A stretch of 64,000 nt of DNA from Octopus vulgaris (lineage: Eukaryota): contig OX597820.1 of NCBI GenBank assembly GCA_951406725.2, positions 18,662,001 to 18,726,000 of the forward strand, written 5' to 3'. A program made the translations under genes and the position numbers. Under the pieces are notes generated by a model. The model saw only the letters and a program-made list of their open reading frames with translations. It made no database searches and was not told where the DNA came from. Shown here piece by piece: positions 39,655 to 52,837 of the stretch; the stretch's first letter is position 1, and the number at the start of each line of letters is the position of its first letter.

Positions 39655-40175
39655 TTTCACAACCACTACAACCGCTATCACTACCATCACCACCACTACT
39701 ACCACCATTATCACTACTTCCTCTACCATCACCACCACTATCAACAACACCAACACCACTGCTGCTACCATCTCCATCACCACCACCACCACCGCCACCT
39801 GTATCACCACTGCCATCTGCATCACCACCACCACCACCACCATCACCACTTCTACTACCATTACCACCATCACCATTATCACCACCACCATCACCATCTA
39901 CATCACCACTACCATCACTAAAATCACTACCTCCACCACCACCACCACCACTGCACCCATCTCCATCATCACCTTTACCTACAACATTTTCATCACCCTC
40001 ACCACCACCACCACCACCACCGCCACCACCGCCACCACTACCCACCACAACCACCACCACCACTACCACCACCACATCACCACCACCATCACATTCACTA
40101 GCACCACCCACCACCACCACCACCACCACCACTACCTTCACTATCACCACTGCCAGCATCATCATCATCATCCAC
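39655..40175. repeat. Degenerate (CAC/CAT)n low-complexity tract
   Basis: Visible trinucleotide bias. Confidence 0.9.
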
Positions 40176-40348
40176 ACCAATGTAACCAAACCAACACCAA
40201 GAACTAATCTTCCATTGAATGTATTCTCTGCGAGTGAGCTTGGGGTTCTTATCAGAATACATCTCACAGTTTCACCCACTTAAATTAATCTTCACCAATA
40301 CTTGAAAGATCACATTTATGACTAAAAAAACAAAAACAAAAAACCCCT

Positions 40349-40381
<33 letters not shown>

Positions 40382-40933
40382 AACAAACACTTACACACAC
40401 ACATAAACAGTCACACACACACACAAATATAAACGCAACCAATAACATATATAATAAACACGCAAACTCTTAATAACGAAACCACATAGACACACGGATT
40501 CATGCAGACTTGCCTATGTTTTTCTGCTCGTCTGTTGATTGGCTGGTTGGCTAGCTGGCTTGCCGGTTGGTTGGTAGTTAGGCTTGCTGGTTGATTGGGC
40601 GATCGGTCCGTCGGTCTGTCGGCCTGTCGGTCTGTCGGTCGTTTAGTCTGTCGATCGGTCGGTCGGTCGGCTTCCTTCTGTTTATTTATAATGATAGTAA
40701 CATTAAAATTTTTCAATATTACTTTTCATCTATCATCTGAAAGCTATTATTTTCTTTTATTACTTCATATTCAATTAAGTTTTGGGCAGAATTTATTTAT
40801 CCAAAACAATTCATCAGATATTAAGGGCTTTATTTTTTTGTTGTTTTGCTGTTTTCCTTTGTTTTATATTTGTTTTGATTTCTTTATCTATTCTTTTGCT
40901 TTTGCTTTTACAATGATGGTTATTATTATTCTC

Positions 40934-40989
<56 letters not shown>

Positions 40990-41112
40990 TGGTTGTTTGT
41001 TGTTTGATTCTTTTAATTAAATTTTTAGACAAATTAACTACTTACAAACTTTCCATAAATGTGTGTAGGTATAAGTATACATACATATATATATATATAT
41101 ATGCATATACAG

Positions 41113-41174
<62 letters not shown>

Positions 41175-41745
41175 GTATGTATATAAACACACTCGTATAT
41201 ATGTATGCATATATATATGTTTGTGCATATGTATATATATATATATATATATATAAATACACATGTATACCTATACATATATATGTACAAATATGTACAA
41301 TATACGTACACACATACATATATATATATGTATCATACGTATGTATGTATGTATGTATGTATGTATGTATGTATGTATGTATAGATAGATAGATAGATAG
41401 AGAGATAGAAAGATAGAGAGATAGATAGATCGAAATATAGATAGATAGATGCATATACACACACATAAATATGTATTTAATTATAAATTTATATATATTT
41501 CAACGTAAATATATGTTAAGTATCTCTATATAAGTGTGTTTTCATACACACACACACACAGATGCACACACACACATGCACACATTCATATTCATAGGCA
41601 TAAATATTGGTTAAAACTAAAAGTGAATTTGAAATAAATATTTAGCGTTAAAAGCAGAAAATTAAATAATAGTGATTATTTTCTTTTTAAAGTTAACATT
41701 AGTTATCATTTTATATATTTAAAAACAAAAATATAATGTGTTCTA

Positions 41746-41819
<74 letters not shown>

Positions 41820-41866
41820 TACACATATATATATGTATGTGTGTGCGTGAGTGTGAATATATATAA

Positions 41867-41941
<75 letters not shown>

Positions 41942-42015
41942 TACATATATAATATATACATATATATATATATACACACACACACATCTATATATAAATA
42001 TAGATATAGATATAG

Positions 42016-42087
<72 letters not shown>

Positions 42088-43258
42088 GTATAAATTTCTG
42101 TTACTTTGTGTTAATTTTAGCCAAGCTTATTTCAAATGTACTCATACAAAATAATAAATTCGTTTCGCATACGTAATCATGCAAATAAACAAATGAATGT
42201 TTTAAGTTTAATACGGTTTTATTTTTTTGAAACATAGCTTCTTAATTATAATATGATCCTTGTGTTCACATTTAATGTATGTATGACACTCCAGTAGTCA
42301 TTAAGTCTTCTGTAGTAACTGCATGAAACTCTTTTTCAGTGTTTTGTTCTTTTTTTTCTTTTTTGGTTTTCTTTAAGGTTTCTTCTTTCCTTTAAATGAC
42401 TCTGTGAAGACAGGGCAGCAGCCCTAATTATTTTTCAGGGACTCCTGAAGCTAGTTAGAGAAATTTGAAAAAGGTATTATCATCAGGCTGCAAGGATTGT
42501 TATGGATCAGTTATCACTAAAGGAAATTATTTGTGCTACATTGTGGTGCTTAAACGATATGATGGATTAAGTCTACAAACCTAAGAAATACAAAGGTCAC
42601 TCTAACGGTCTTTCACTCCAATTTCCATCAACCAAATTCCAACTAGATTGTCCCAGAAATAAAGCAGAATACTCATATGCAAGGTTCCACTCAGGGTTTT
42701 GAGTGATGGTGGAGGTGAACTTTGAAACCTAATAGTCACCCTCATTTCTAACCAATACACCACAGACACAACTGAAATAAAATATTTCTTACTCCATTAT
42801 CTATGATGATAACAAATAAATTCTCTCCCGCATTCTTATGGTATTGAAGGAAATTCTTTGATCCATTTTGACTCAGTAGATGTGGTCTTTGATACCATAA
42901 CACTGTCACCAATTTCCATGATAAATATTAAAAGTGAATTATTCATGAGTGTTATGCAATCTCTGAAGATTTGCTTCTAAGATTTTACCTAATGTAATGG
43001 ATCTTATTGTTAATGAAACATGGAAGATGATACAACAAATTGATTTATGAACAAAGTATAATGTTTCTTTTTCTATGTCTGCTGTGTGATCTATCCAGCT
43101 AGGGAGGCCAGAGTAAGGAATCTTGGACTATAAGAATGAATTCTCTTTACAGCTTATCTTTTGATACATAAGAATACACATGGCATTCTAAATACTGGTT
43201 AGATTTGAATCACAATATATGAATATATGCACACACACACACACACACACACATATAG

Positions 43259-43289
<31 letters not shown>

Positions 43290-43310
43290 GTTAGATACAG
43301 ATATATATAA

Positions 43311-43350
<40 letters not shown>

Positions 43351-43384
43351 CAAAGTGTATGAACACTGTTATATTTTTATGTAT

Positions 43385-43800
43385 AAAAAATACAAAATGG
43401 GACAAGAACGCAAAACATCCAGACAGTTAGATGATACAAAAAAGGGACAACAAAACATCCAGATACACAATATAAAAAAAAACAAGTACGGGTCATTTGG
43501 AGTTTTCTTTCCTCAGTCGAGTTCCAGATAATTTTTGCAATTGCGACTGGTTATACTTGAGATTGCTCCAATCTGACCAGCCCCAAGTAAAAAACTAAGC
43601 TAAGAGCATTAGATTCCTTGGAAGAAAGCAACAAATGTATACGAAAACAAGGACAGAAAAAAATACAGAGAAATGTTACACAAATACAAATGCAAATAAC
43701 TTTCCTCGACTGAGGAAAGAAAACTCAGAATGACCCGTCCTGGGTTTTTTTGTATAGTCTGTCTGGATGTGTTGCTTTCTTGTCCCATTTTTGTATTTTA
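43385..43800. mobile_element. Element with long imperfect terminal inverted repeats inside (TA)n; possible inverted Penelope pseudo-LTR
   Basis: ATACAAAATGGGACAAGA..CGGGTCATT..TTTCCTCAGTCGAG is inverted as CTCGACTGAGGAAAG..AATGACCCG..TCTTGTCCCATTTTTGTAT. Confidence 0.65.
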
Positions 43801-43801
43801 T

Positions 43802-43836
<35 letters not shown>

Positions 43837-43846
43837 GATAGATACA

Positions 43847-43880
<34 letters not shown>

Positions 43881-43928
43881 CATACATATACACATATAAA
43901 TATATATACATAGAAATGTGTGTGTGTG

Positions 43929-44440
43929 TACAGCGTGTGGTGAATAAACTATTGTCTAAATTACACAAAAGTGAAAATAACACTGACAAATCATTTTTAA
44001 CAGGCATATTTACCAAAATTACATAAAAATATCTTGAAATACTAAAGAGTAAATTTATTCAATAAAATTGCCATTGGCAACCATGACCTCCAGACAACTT
44101 CAGAATCTCATGCAACTCTTCAGGATGGTTTCCATGATTAAGCTGGTGACTGCTGCCATAATCCTTGCCTTTATTTTGGCCTCTCGCTTAACTGTGCCCC
44201 GCAAATAATAATCAAGGGGGTTGCAGTCTGGGGAATTAGGTGGCCAGATGTTAGGGATGATGTAGCCACAGAAATTGTCTGACAGCCACAACTAGGTTCC
44301 CCTGCTTGTGTGGCATGGTGCAGGGTCCTGTTGCCAGACACAGGATCTTCCAGCAGTCCCCTTTTGACCGAGGGCAACACTACCTCCTCCAGGCACTTGA
44401 TATAGGCCTCTGTGTTAAGTATGAGGCTATGTAGGAAGAT
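43929..44440 (-). mobile_element. Tc1/maT-type transposon 3' fragment
   Basis: YIKCLEEVVLP and WLSDNF..IWPPNSPDCNPLDYY. The end TA-CAGCGTGTGGTGAATAA is Tc1/mariner-like. Confidence 0.85.
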
Positions 44441-44599
44441 GAATGGTCAGCCCGAGGCTATAGTAGAAGACACTTGCCCAAGGTGCCATGCAGTGGGACT
44501 TAACCCAGAACCATGTGATTGGGAAGCAAGCTTCTTAACACACACCCACTTTTGCACCTACACTTACCACACAGCCACTCTCACGCCTACTAGAATAAG

Positions 44600-45248
44600 A
44601 ACACTAGAGGATTAAAAGATATTTTTTCATCTTTGTAAACATTTCCAAGAACATTCAGAAACTTAGTGCATGAACCACTTAGCATATATAATCCTAAAAT
44701 GTTGCTGTTCTATGCTGCACCATTTTCTACCATACTAACACTGAAAGGAACATTACCAAATTCGTATTCTTCATTTTGTTTCCTTGTTTTTCTATTAGAA
44801 CTAGTTACCATAACACAGAACACATTCTCTGGCATGTGAAATAATATTAATTTCTGATGTAGTAATTCATGGAAATTTCTTAACAAAATTGATAACACTC
44901 ATCAAAAGGTGTTCAGTAATTGATGGATAATAATCGCTAATATCAAACTGTATAAAACATCGGTTTTCTTTATAAGGTAGGAACTGAAAGAGATTGATTG
45001 CAGAATTATTATTTTCCCAAAGAGGTAAAGATGATGCTAGCCTCGTTTTTTGATATCTTATCTAGAATATATTTGCTGATAATATTAGGGTTAATAATTT
45101 TTGTTGAAGGGTTGCTCATGAAATCAAGTTCGTTATCTTTAAAGTTGATAATGGATCTTATGAAGCTAGGAACTAAACTTTGTGTTCGATGTTTAAATAA
45201 TTAATGCCATTTTACTCTTTTTCACATATATTATATATAGTGAAAAAC

Positions 45249-45291
<43 letters not shown>

Positions 45292-45306
45292 TATAATATA
45301 TATATG

Positions 45307-45362
<56 letters not shown>

Positions 45363-45446
45363 CATGTATATACACATAGATATACACATATATATACATA
45401 TACACATACACACACATATATATACACATATACATATATATATGTA

Positions 45447-45502
<56 letters not shown>

Positions 45503-46050
45503 TATATGTAAGCATGTATAGATCTATATGTGTGTATATTTATATATATATATATATATAAATATATATATATATATCACATTGTTAGTGATGGAATTTT
45601 ATAAGATCTGATGGTATTTCAGACTGATCAATTTCATAAAGGTTTTAAGTTTTAAAGTTTTATCCTTATCCTAAGGTATAAAAATATTTTTGCTTTACTG
45701 TTGTAAAATCTTAATTTATCTTCAAGTCCTGTTTAAGATCAGAATGATCTCCAAATTTAATATTCTTTATCATCTTAAAGAGGTCTTTCTGCAATGGTTG
45801 TAACAGTATGTTCTGACGAGGACATTTTTTAAAATTCAAACTTATCATTTAAAGTATCTTTCAAAGAAAAATAACATTCATCATGTTGACCTTTAGCAGA
45901 AATGTTCATTTTGTGAAGGAAATATTCGAAATATAATTTGTTGGAGAATAATACAATAATTCTCAAGAATAGATTGGGTTTTTGTGTTTTTGCATATTTC
46001 TGTAATGAAGACAATGTTATATAAAAGTGCTCTGTTGAAAGGAGCAATTG
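44600..46050 (-). pseudogene. Penelope-like reverse transcriptase remnant, interrupted by (TA)n at about 45235-45580
   Basis: Minus-strand NRCFIQFDISDYYPSITEHLL..EINIISHARE and NPSTKIINP..ISKYILDKI, with many stops. Confidence 0.8.
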
Positions 46051-46054
46051 TAAT

Positions 46055-46440
46055 AATGATTTCAAATTTTGGCACAAGGCCAGCAATTCTGTAGAGTGGG
46101 TAAACTGATTACATTAACCCCAGTACATAACTGGTAACTGTTTTATTGACTCTGAAAGGATGAACAACAAAGTCAACCACAGCAGAATTTGAACTCAGAA
46201 CATAAAGAAACATAGCAATAATGGATTCAAATTTTGCCACAAGGGCAGCCATTTTCGGGGAATGGACTAGTCGATTAAATCGACCCCAGTGTTCAACTGG
46301 TACTTATTTTATTGACCCCAAAAGGATTAAAGGCAAAGTCGACCTCAGCTGAATTTGAACACAGAATGTAGCAACAGGCGAAATACCACTAAGCATTTTG
46401 AACAGCATACTAACAATTCTGCCAGCTCACTACCTTAAGA
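46055..46440 (-). mobile_element. Two tandem family-B SINE variants
   Basis: TTCAAATTTTG(G/C)CACAAGG tail variant followed by the family-B body, twice. Confidence 0.75.
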
Positions 46441-46609
46441 AACAGTAATAATGATTTCAAATTTTGGCCCAAGACCATAAGCTTTTACCCAAGTCAAGGG
46501 TGACGTCTAGGAAAATGGTAACACTAGTGATATTTTCAAAGGGGATGGTTAGGTTATGATTTTAATAAATTTATGAAGGGCTTTCCTGATGCATTCAACG
46601 CTACTGAGC

Positions 46610-47820
46610 ACATATGAACACTCTCTCCAATCCAACTTCCAAATTATATACCTCTTTAGAAACTTATATACACAACCTCAAATCCCAAAACATTCCTTAT
46701 ACACTATCCTGGTCCACCATTAGTGTGGCTCCCACTTACAACACTAACCTCAGCATCTATAAACTGTGTTTAAAGGAATTGCTCACCATCCTTCACAACC
46801 ACAACCCCTTATTACTTAATAGATTCTTTCATGTAATCCTTTCATGTAAACACAGGTAGTATGCATCATTTGCCTATTTCATGAAATCTATGATTCCTTA
46901 ATTACAATTAAGTTTAATTGCAGCTAACCTTAAGTTACAACTTGATCACACTACTAGCATAAACTTTTCTACAAAATAGTCCTTCTTAACATTACCTTTG
47001 CCAATTTCTTCCTCCCCAGCACATCCTCCTTTACAGCCACTCTTATCTTCATTTCTTCAATTCTAGTTCCCCATCTTCTCCTTGCCTCTTCAACCAAAAC
47101 TACTTACAACTTATTCCTATCCCCATCACTACCTATACATCCATAACTCTCTCCTTCTCTATCCACTTCTCCTATTTACTTTCATACACTTCTACATACC
47201 TCACTACTCACTCTCAACTGCCAACACCCCTTCATTCCTGAAATTCCCCCTTCACCTCTGTACTACATTATAACTAACCCTTTTCCTCACTTAATATTCA
47301 TTCCCCACTTTCCTCTCAATATCCCAAGTTCCCCTAAACTATATTCACTTCTACCCATAAACTCAGCGGCATTGACTACCCTTCAAATAATACATACTAC
47401 CCTCCCATTTATCTTGCACTTGCAGTGCCCTCTTCTTTCACCCCTCCATAATCTTGATATCACTCTCCAGCCTGTTCACCCCTTGCCTTGCTCCTACACT
47501 CCACTCACTCCCATCCAGCTACCTTCTCCTGCCACTATCACTTCATTGCCTCTTACTATGCAAATTCTACCTTTAAATTTCCCTGCATAATAATCTGATA
47601 CCTTAGACTATTATCTATCCACCCTGATGAAGGATGCTCTTGGTTATACCAATGTTTATTTGCTTCTACTATTAACTGCAAATTTTTGATAAACTACATC
47701 TGCCACCATTAGGAAGTAAGTCTGAGCCCCAAGAAACAGCTGGTGGACGAGAAACACCATGCCTTCTCTTCTCTGATTCTTTGAGTCTATGTAATCTAAG
47801 TAAGTTTGCTCTATTAAAAT
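46610..47820 (+). mobile_element. Penelope-like element 3' end: GIY-YIG C-terminus plus long C/T-rich pseudo-LTR
   Basis: TSLETYIHNLKSQNIPYTLSWS..YN..KLCLKELLTIL..LLLNR..SCKHR. A hammerhead remnant lies at 47618-47747. Confidence 0.8.
47618..47747 (+). ncRNA. Hammerhead remnant with ~100-nt stem II region and deleted cleavage triplet
   Basis: TCCACC-CTGATGA ... GAAAC-AGCT-GGTGGA: perfect 6-bp stem I, GTH triplet missing. Confidence 0.6.
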
Positions 47821-47821
47821 A

Positions 47822-48210
47822 TATTCTTTTATTCTTTTATTTGTTTCAGTCATTTGACCATGCTGGAGTACTGCCTTTAATTGAAAAAAATCAACCCTAG
47901 GACTTATTCTTTGTAAGCTTGGTACATAATCTATAGGTCTCTTTTACAGAAATGCTAAGTTACAGGGACGAAAACACACAAATATCGGTTGTCAATCGAT
48001 GGTAGGGGACAAACACAGACACACACACAAACACACACACACATATATGACAGGCTTCTTTCAGTTTCTGTCTACCAAATCCACTCACATGACTTTGGTT
48101 GGCCCGAGGCTATAGTAGAAAACACTTGCCCAAGGTGCCATGCAGTGGGACTGAACCCAGAGCCATGTGGTTAGTAAGCAAGCTACTTACTACACAGTCA
48201 CTCCTGCACC
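47822..48210 (-). mobile_element. SINE family A, full length
   Basis: Tail to head match with other copies. Confidence 0.85.
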
Positions 48211-48290
48211 TATATATTTTTATTTAATTGTTTATCATCTGAAACTTTTGAGTCTGCCTTCTCTTTTTACATATATACACATATATATAT

Positions 48291-48536
48291 TTTACATTAC
48301 TTACATTATTTACATTCAACAGATATTTGTCCTCATCTTGTTTTGGCTGATATACCCTCCAACCTTCATCAGATGTTTTGTAGAAATTTCGAACCTGGGT
48401 TCTCATTCCTAAGGTATTTTTTATGTTATTGTTATATTATCATTATTGTTGTTGTTGTTATTCAGGTCACTGCCTGGAATCAATCTCAGAATCTTGGGGT
48501 TAGTAGCCTGTGCTCTGAAACACTACCCTATATACC
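48291..48536 (-). mobile_element. Hammerhead-bearing tRNA-headed element (copy 3; ribozyme 3' half deleted)
   Basis: Reverse complement of 26961-27269. CTGATGA at 48372-48366. Confidence 0.85.
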
Positions 48537-48623
48537 AGTGGTTAAGAGTGCGGACTACTAATCCCGAGATTCCGAGTTCAATTCCAAACAGTGACCTGAA
48601 TAGTAATAATAATAATAATGATG

Positions 48624-48689
<66 letters not shown>

Positions 48690-48890
48690 TAATCTCAAGT
48701 TTTAAAACAAAAATACTTTTCGTTTTTTTTTTTTTTGACATTCACTAGTACAACACTAAATACAAAACCAAGTATATGGCACACTAGGCATAACAACATC
48801 ACGAACTTCCAACCTGTTGTCTCTTGAGGTCTCTGGGTGAGACTTGGAGCCAACTTGTACAAATATAAAGCAAAAGTCAAACATAGAATA

Positions 48891-48932
<42 letters not shown>

Positions 48933-48995
48933 GTGAAGAAGAAGAAGAAGAAGAAGAAGAAGAAGAAGAAGAAGAAGAAGAAGAAGAAGAAGAAA

Positions 48996-49448
48996 AAAGA
49001 TGTGTTTATTAATTGACATGAGTATCCCTTGCGATCACAATATAGTGGCGAAGGAATTTGACAAGATTAGTAAATATAAAGACTTGCTAATAAAAATTGA
49101 AAAAATGTGGCATCTCAAGGCGACTACAGTACCAACGATTGTAGGATATCTAGGAATGATAAAAAAAGGTACTGAAACATATTTGAAAATGATCCCAGGC
49201 TTACCATCCCTACAGGAAGTGCAAAAAATCGTATTAACTGGAACGGCTCATGTACTGAGAAGAGCATTATCACTATGAAAACAACATCTATCCATGAATT
49301 TATTTATTTATTAATTTTTAAATAGATATTTTATCTGTGAATTTGCGTGTGTAATCTGGGAATGCATACAATGAGCTTCACTGCCCTAGGTGTATGGAAA
49401 ACACTCGGCGAGAAACAGAAGAAAATTTGAAGAAAGAAGGAAAAAACA
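48996..49448 (+). mobile_element. R4/Dong-like non-LTR retrotransposon 3' fragment (RLE domain plus 3' UTR)
   Basis: CLLIDMSIPCDHNIVAKEFDKISKYKDL..EKMW..TVPTIVGYLG..QKIVLTGTAHVLRRAL*, carrying the ID..P, KE..K..KY..L and VP..VG.LG motifs. Its 3' end abuts (AAT)n. Confidence 0.9.
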
Positions 49449-49517
49449 AATAATAATAATAATAATAACATCAAAGAATACCTTAGGAATGAGAACCCAG
49501 ATTCAAGATTTCCCCAA

Positions 49518-49563
49518 GACACCTGATGAAGGCTGGAGGGTATATCAGCCGAAATGTTGTGTT
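49518..49563 (+). ncRNA. Minimal hammerhead motif
   Basis: GACAC-CTGATGA-aGGCTG..CAGCC-GAAAT-GTT-GTGTT. Confidence 0.75.
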
Positions 49564-49860
49564 AACAACAAACAAAATAAGGATACATATCTGTCTAATG
49601 TAAATTATGTAAATAATGTACGTTATTCCTCATCTCTTAAATATAGAACTATATATATTTTGTACATTAAAACACAAGGTTTTTATCTGTTTATCTGAAT
49701 CATTGTCTCCATATCTGCTCACTTGGATTCCCCTCATGGCCACTCTAAACACTGTTGAGCTTTGGTCCTTGGCAAAGATGTTAGAGCATAAGTTCAAATC
49801 ATTTGAATGCTACTGAGTGATTTCTGTTTTTAGATTCTCTCAGTCTCATCTGTTGATTCC

Positions 49861-49901
<41 letters not shown>

Positions 49902-49902
<1 letters not shown>

Positions 49903-50133
49903 TGATAGAAATGGTAAGACAACAAAAGAATGTAAGAGACCTCGATATTATGTATATAGAGGAATTTATCTGTAAATGTAATATGTTGCAATTATTCGTT
50001 AGCCATGATAAAAATCCGAGTTTCGGATGCCGGGGTGGAAATCCACACCGCTATCTCTTCAGTTATCCTGCCATCGAAAAACTACAATGAAAATGACCAT
50101 TAAACAAAGGGAAATTATTACCATTTCTATCAA
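49902..50133 (-). mobile_element. Short hammerhead-bearing element with 16-bp inverted ends in (TA)n
   Basis: TTGATAGAAATGGTAA 49902-49917 and TTACCATTTCTATCAA 50118-50133. Minus strand GATAA-CTGAAGA-stem II-GAAAC..TTATC at 50003-50071. Confidence 0.65.
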
Positions 50134-50161
50134 TATATATATGTGTGTGTGTGTGTGTGTA

Positions 50162-50201
<40 letters not shown>

Positions 50202-50265
50202 CAAAATGAGATAACAAAGCCAAGGCTGTGAGGATCAGGGCATTTATAGGGGAAAAGATATAGAT

Positions 50266-50319
50266 ATAGTCTTACAGCTGTTTCTTGGATATTATAGATA
50301 TCTCTTTATCAAAGACAAT
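50266..50319 (-). ncRNA. Degenerate hammerhead motif
   Basis: Minus strand GTCT-TTGATAA-..GATAT..ATATC..-GAAAC-AGCT-GTA-AGAC. Confidence 0.6.
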
Positions 50320-50334
50320 GTAAGATGGCTAAAG

Positions 50335-50396
<62 letters not shown>

Positions 50397-50957
50397 ATGT
50401 ATGTATGTATGTGTGTGTGTGTGAATGCATGTATACTTATCTACATACATTCATACATACATATACCTATATGTATACACACACGCACTCACACACACCC
50501 ACACATACAAATTCGTTAGTGAACCAAGTCATCAAGATACATGTGAGGAATGTATATGAAGATATCAGACTGTGCAGATGGCAGAGGCAGAAGTAGAGAG
50601 AATAGAATCGGTTCATGCCAGGTGTCTGTCAATTTTGTCTCTCAATCTCACTGCTTCTGCCTACTAGGCCACATACATATACATATTTGTAGAGAAAAAC
50701 ATGTGTGATCCGCATCTATACATTCACACACACACACACACATATGTACACAAGCACTCATATTCATATACACATATTCATATGTATATATTCATATATA
50801 AATATATACATATATAGATATTTGCATAGATATATAGATATATATATATATACATATAAGTTTATATGTGTGCGTGTGTATAAGCATGTATGTATATATA
50901 TATACATGTATACATATATAAATACATATATATGTATATATATGTGTACATATGTAT

Positions 50958-51012
<55 letters not shown>

Positions 51013-51013
51013 C

Positions 51014-51068
<55 letters not shown>

Positions 51069-51451
51069 GAAAAACATGTGTAATATGCATCTATACATGC
51101 ACACACATATAGATATACAAATATCTATGTATATATGTATGTATGTACATATGTATATATATATATATATATATATAATATGTATGTGTGTTTGTGGGAG
51201 CAGGGCTTTGGTGGGAGGTGGGGCTTCAGGGGGGGAGGTGTGGGGAGGGGCAATTCTTTATCTTCTAAGTAAAAGTACATCAGTCTACAATAGATTTCTC
51301 ATAAAAAAAAAAGCAAAAGGAAAAGAAGTCGTTTGCTATGTCATGCCTTTACAATTGCATGTTCACAAAATATTGTACGTAGGAGGTTCACCAGATGTGT
51401 GTATGTGAATGAATATGGATGTGTGTGAGTGAGAAGGATGAATACACACGT

Positions 51452-51670
51452 ACTCTTACTCTTTTACTCTTTTACTTGTTTCAGTCATTTGACTGTGGCC
51501 ATGCTGAAGCACTGCTTTTAGTCGAGCAAATCGACCCCAGGACTTAATTCTTTGTAAGCCTAGTACTTATTCTATCGGTCTCTTTTGCTGAACTGCTAAG
51601 TTACAGAGATGTAAACATATCAGCATCGGTTGTCAAGCGATGTTGCGGGGACAAACACAGACACACAAAC

Positions 51671-51717
<47 letters not shown>

Positions 51718-51892
51718 TATACATATATATGACAGGCTTCTTTTAGTTTCCATCTACCAATCCACACACAAGGCTTTGGTTGGCCTGAGGCTATAGTAGA
51801 AGACACTTGCCCAAGGTGCTACACAGTGGGACTGAACCCAGAACTATGTGGTTCATTAGCAATCTACTTACCACACAGCCACTCCTATGCCT
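51452..51892 (-). mobile_element. SINE family A, full length
   Basis: Tail to head match. Confidence 0.88.
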
Positions 51893-51930
51893 ACATGCAC
51901 ACATATACCACACACATACATACACATGTA

Positions 51931-52050
<120 letters not shown>

Positions 52051-52271
52051 AAGAGTTTAAAGTTTCCACCAGCTACTTTCTATCACATGGAATTGGTCAG
52101 TTCAGAGCTGTATTTAACGACACTTTCTTTAGGTGCTACAGAATGGAACTGAACTCAAAACCTCATGGACGGAAAGCGAGTTTCATAATGACACACTCCC
52201 TTACCTGTATGCAGAGAAAAAAAGAAGAGAAAATACTAAATATTAGTAAAACATTGTACACTTGCTATACC

Positions 52272-52837
52272 TATTTCTTTACTTCCCACAAGGGGCTAAA
52301 CACAGAGGGGACAAACAAGGACAGACAAACTGGTACTTATTTAATCGACCCCGAAAGGATGAAAGGCAAAGTTGACCTCGGCGGAATTTGAACTCAGAAC
52401 GTAGCGGCTGACGAAATACCTATTTCTTTACTACCCACAAGGGGCTTAACACAGAGAGGATAAACAAGGACAGACAAACGAATTAAGTCGATTATATCGA
52501 CCTCAGTGCATAACTGGTACTTATTTAATCGACGCCGAAAGGATGAAAGGCAAAGTTGACCTCGGTTGAATTTGAACTCAGAACATAGCAGCTGACGAAA
52601 TACCTATTTCTTTACTGCCCACAAGGGGCTAAACACAGAGGGGACAAACAAGGACAGACAAACGAATTAAGTCGATTATATCGACCTCAGTGCATAACTG
52701 GTACTTATTTAATCGACGCCGAAAGGATGAAAGGCAAAGTTGACCTCGGCAGAATTTGAACTCAGAAGGTAGCGGCAGATGAAATACCGCTAAGCATTTC
52801 ACCCAGCGTGCTAACGTTTCTGCCAGCTCACCACCTT
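52272..52837 (-). mobile_element. SINE family B head-to-tail trimer with 15-bp TSD
   Basis: Units start at 52272, 52421 and 52605. TSD ACACTTGCTATACCT 52258-52272 and ACACTCGCTATACCT 52839-52853. Confidence 0.9.

Larger units (their letters stand above)
48537..49650 (+). mobile_element. Hammerhead-bearing tRNA-headed element (copy 4) split within its (AAT)n tract
   Basis: Head 48537-48600 (B box GAGTTCAATTCC 48574-48585), (AAT)n to about 48690, resumes at about 49449. Hammerhead at 49518-49563. Confidence 0.8.

Noticed and set aside
42820-43030. Weak Helitron helicase-like peptide
   Set aside because: The similarity is too faint to support without a search.
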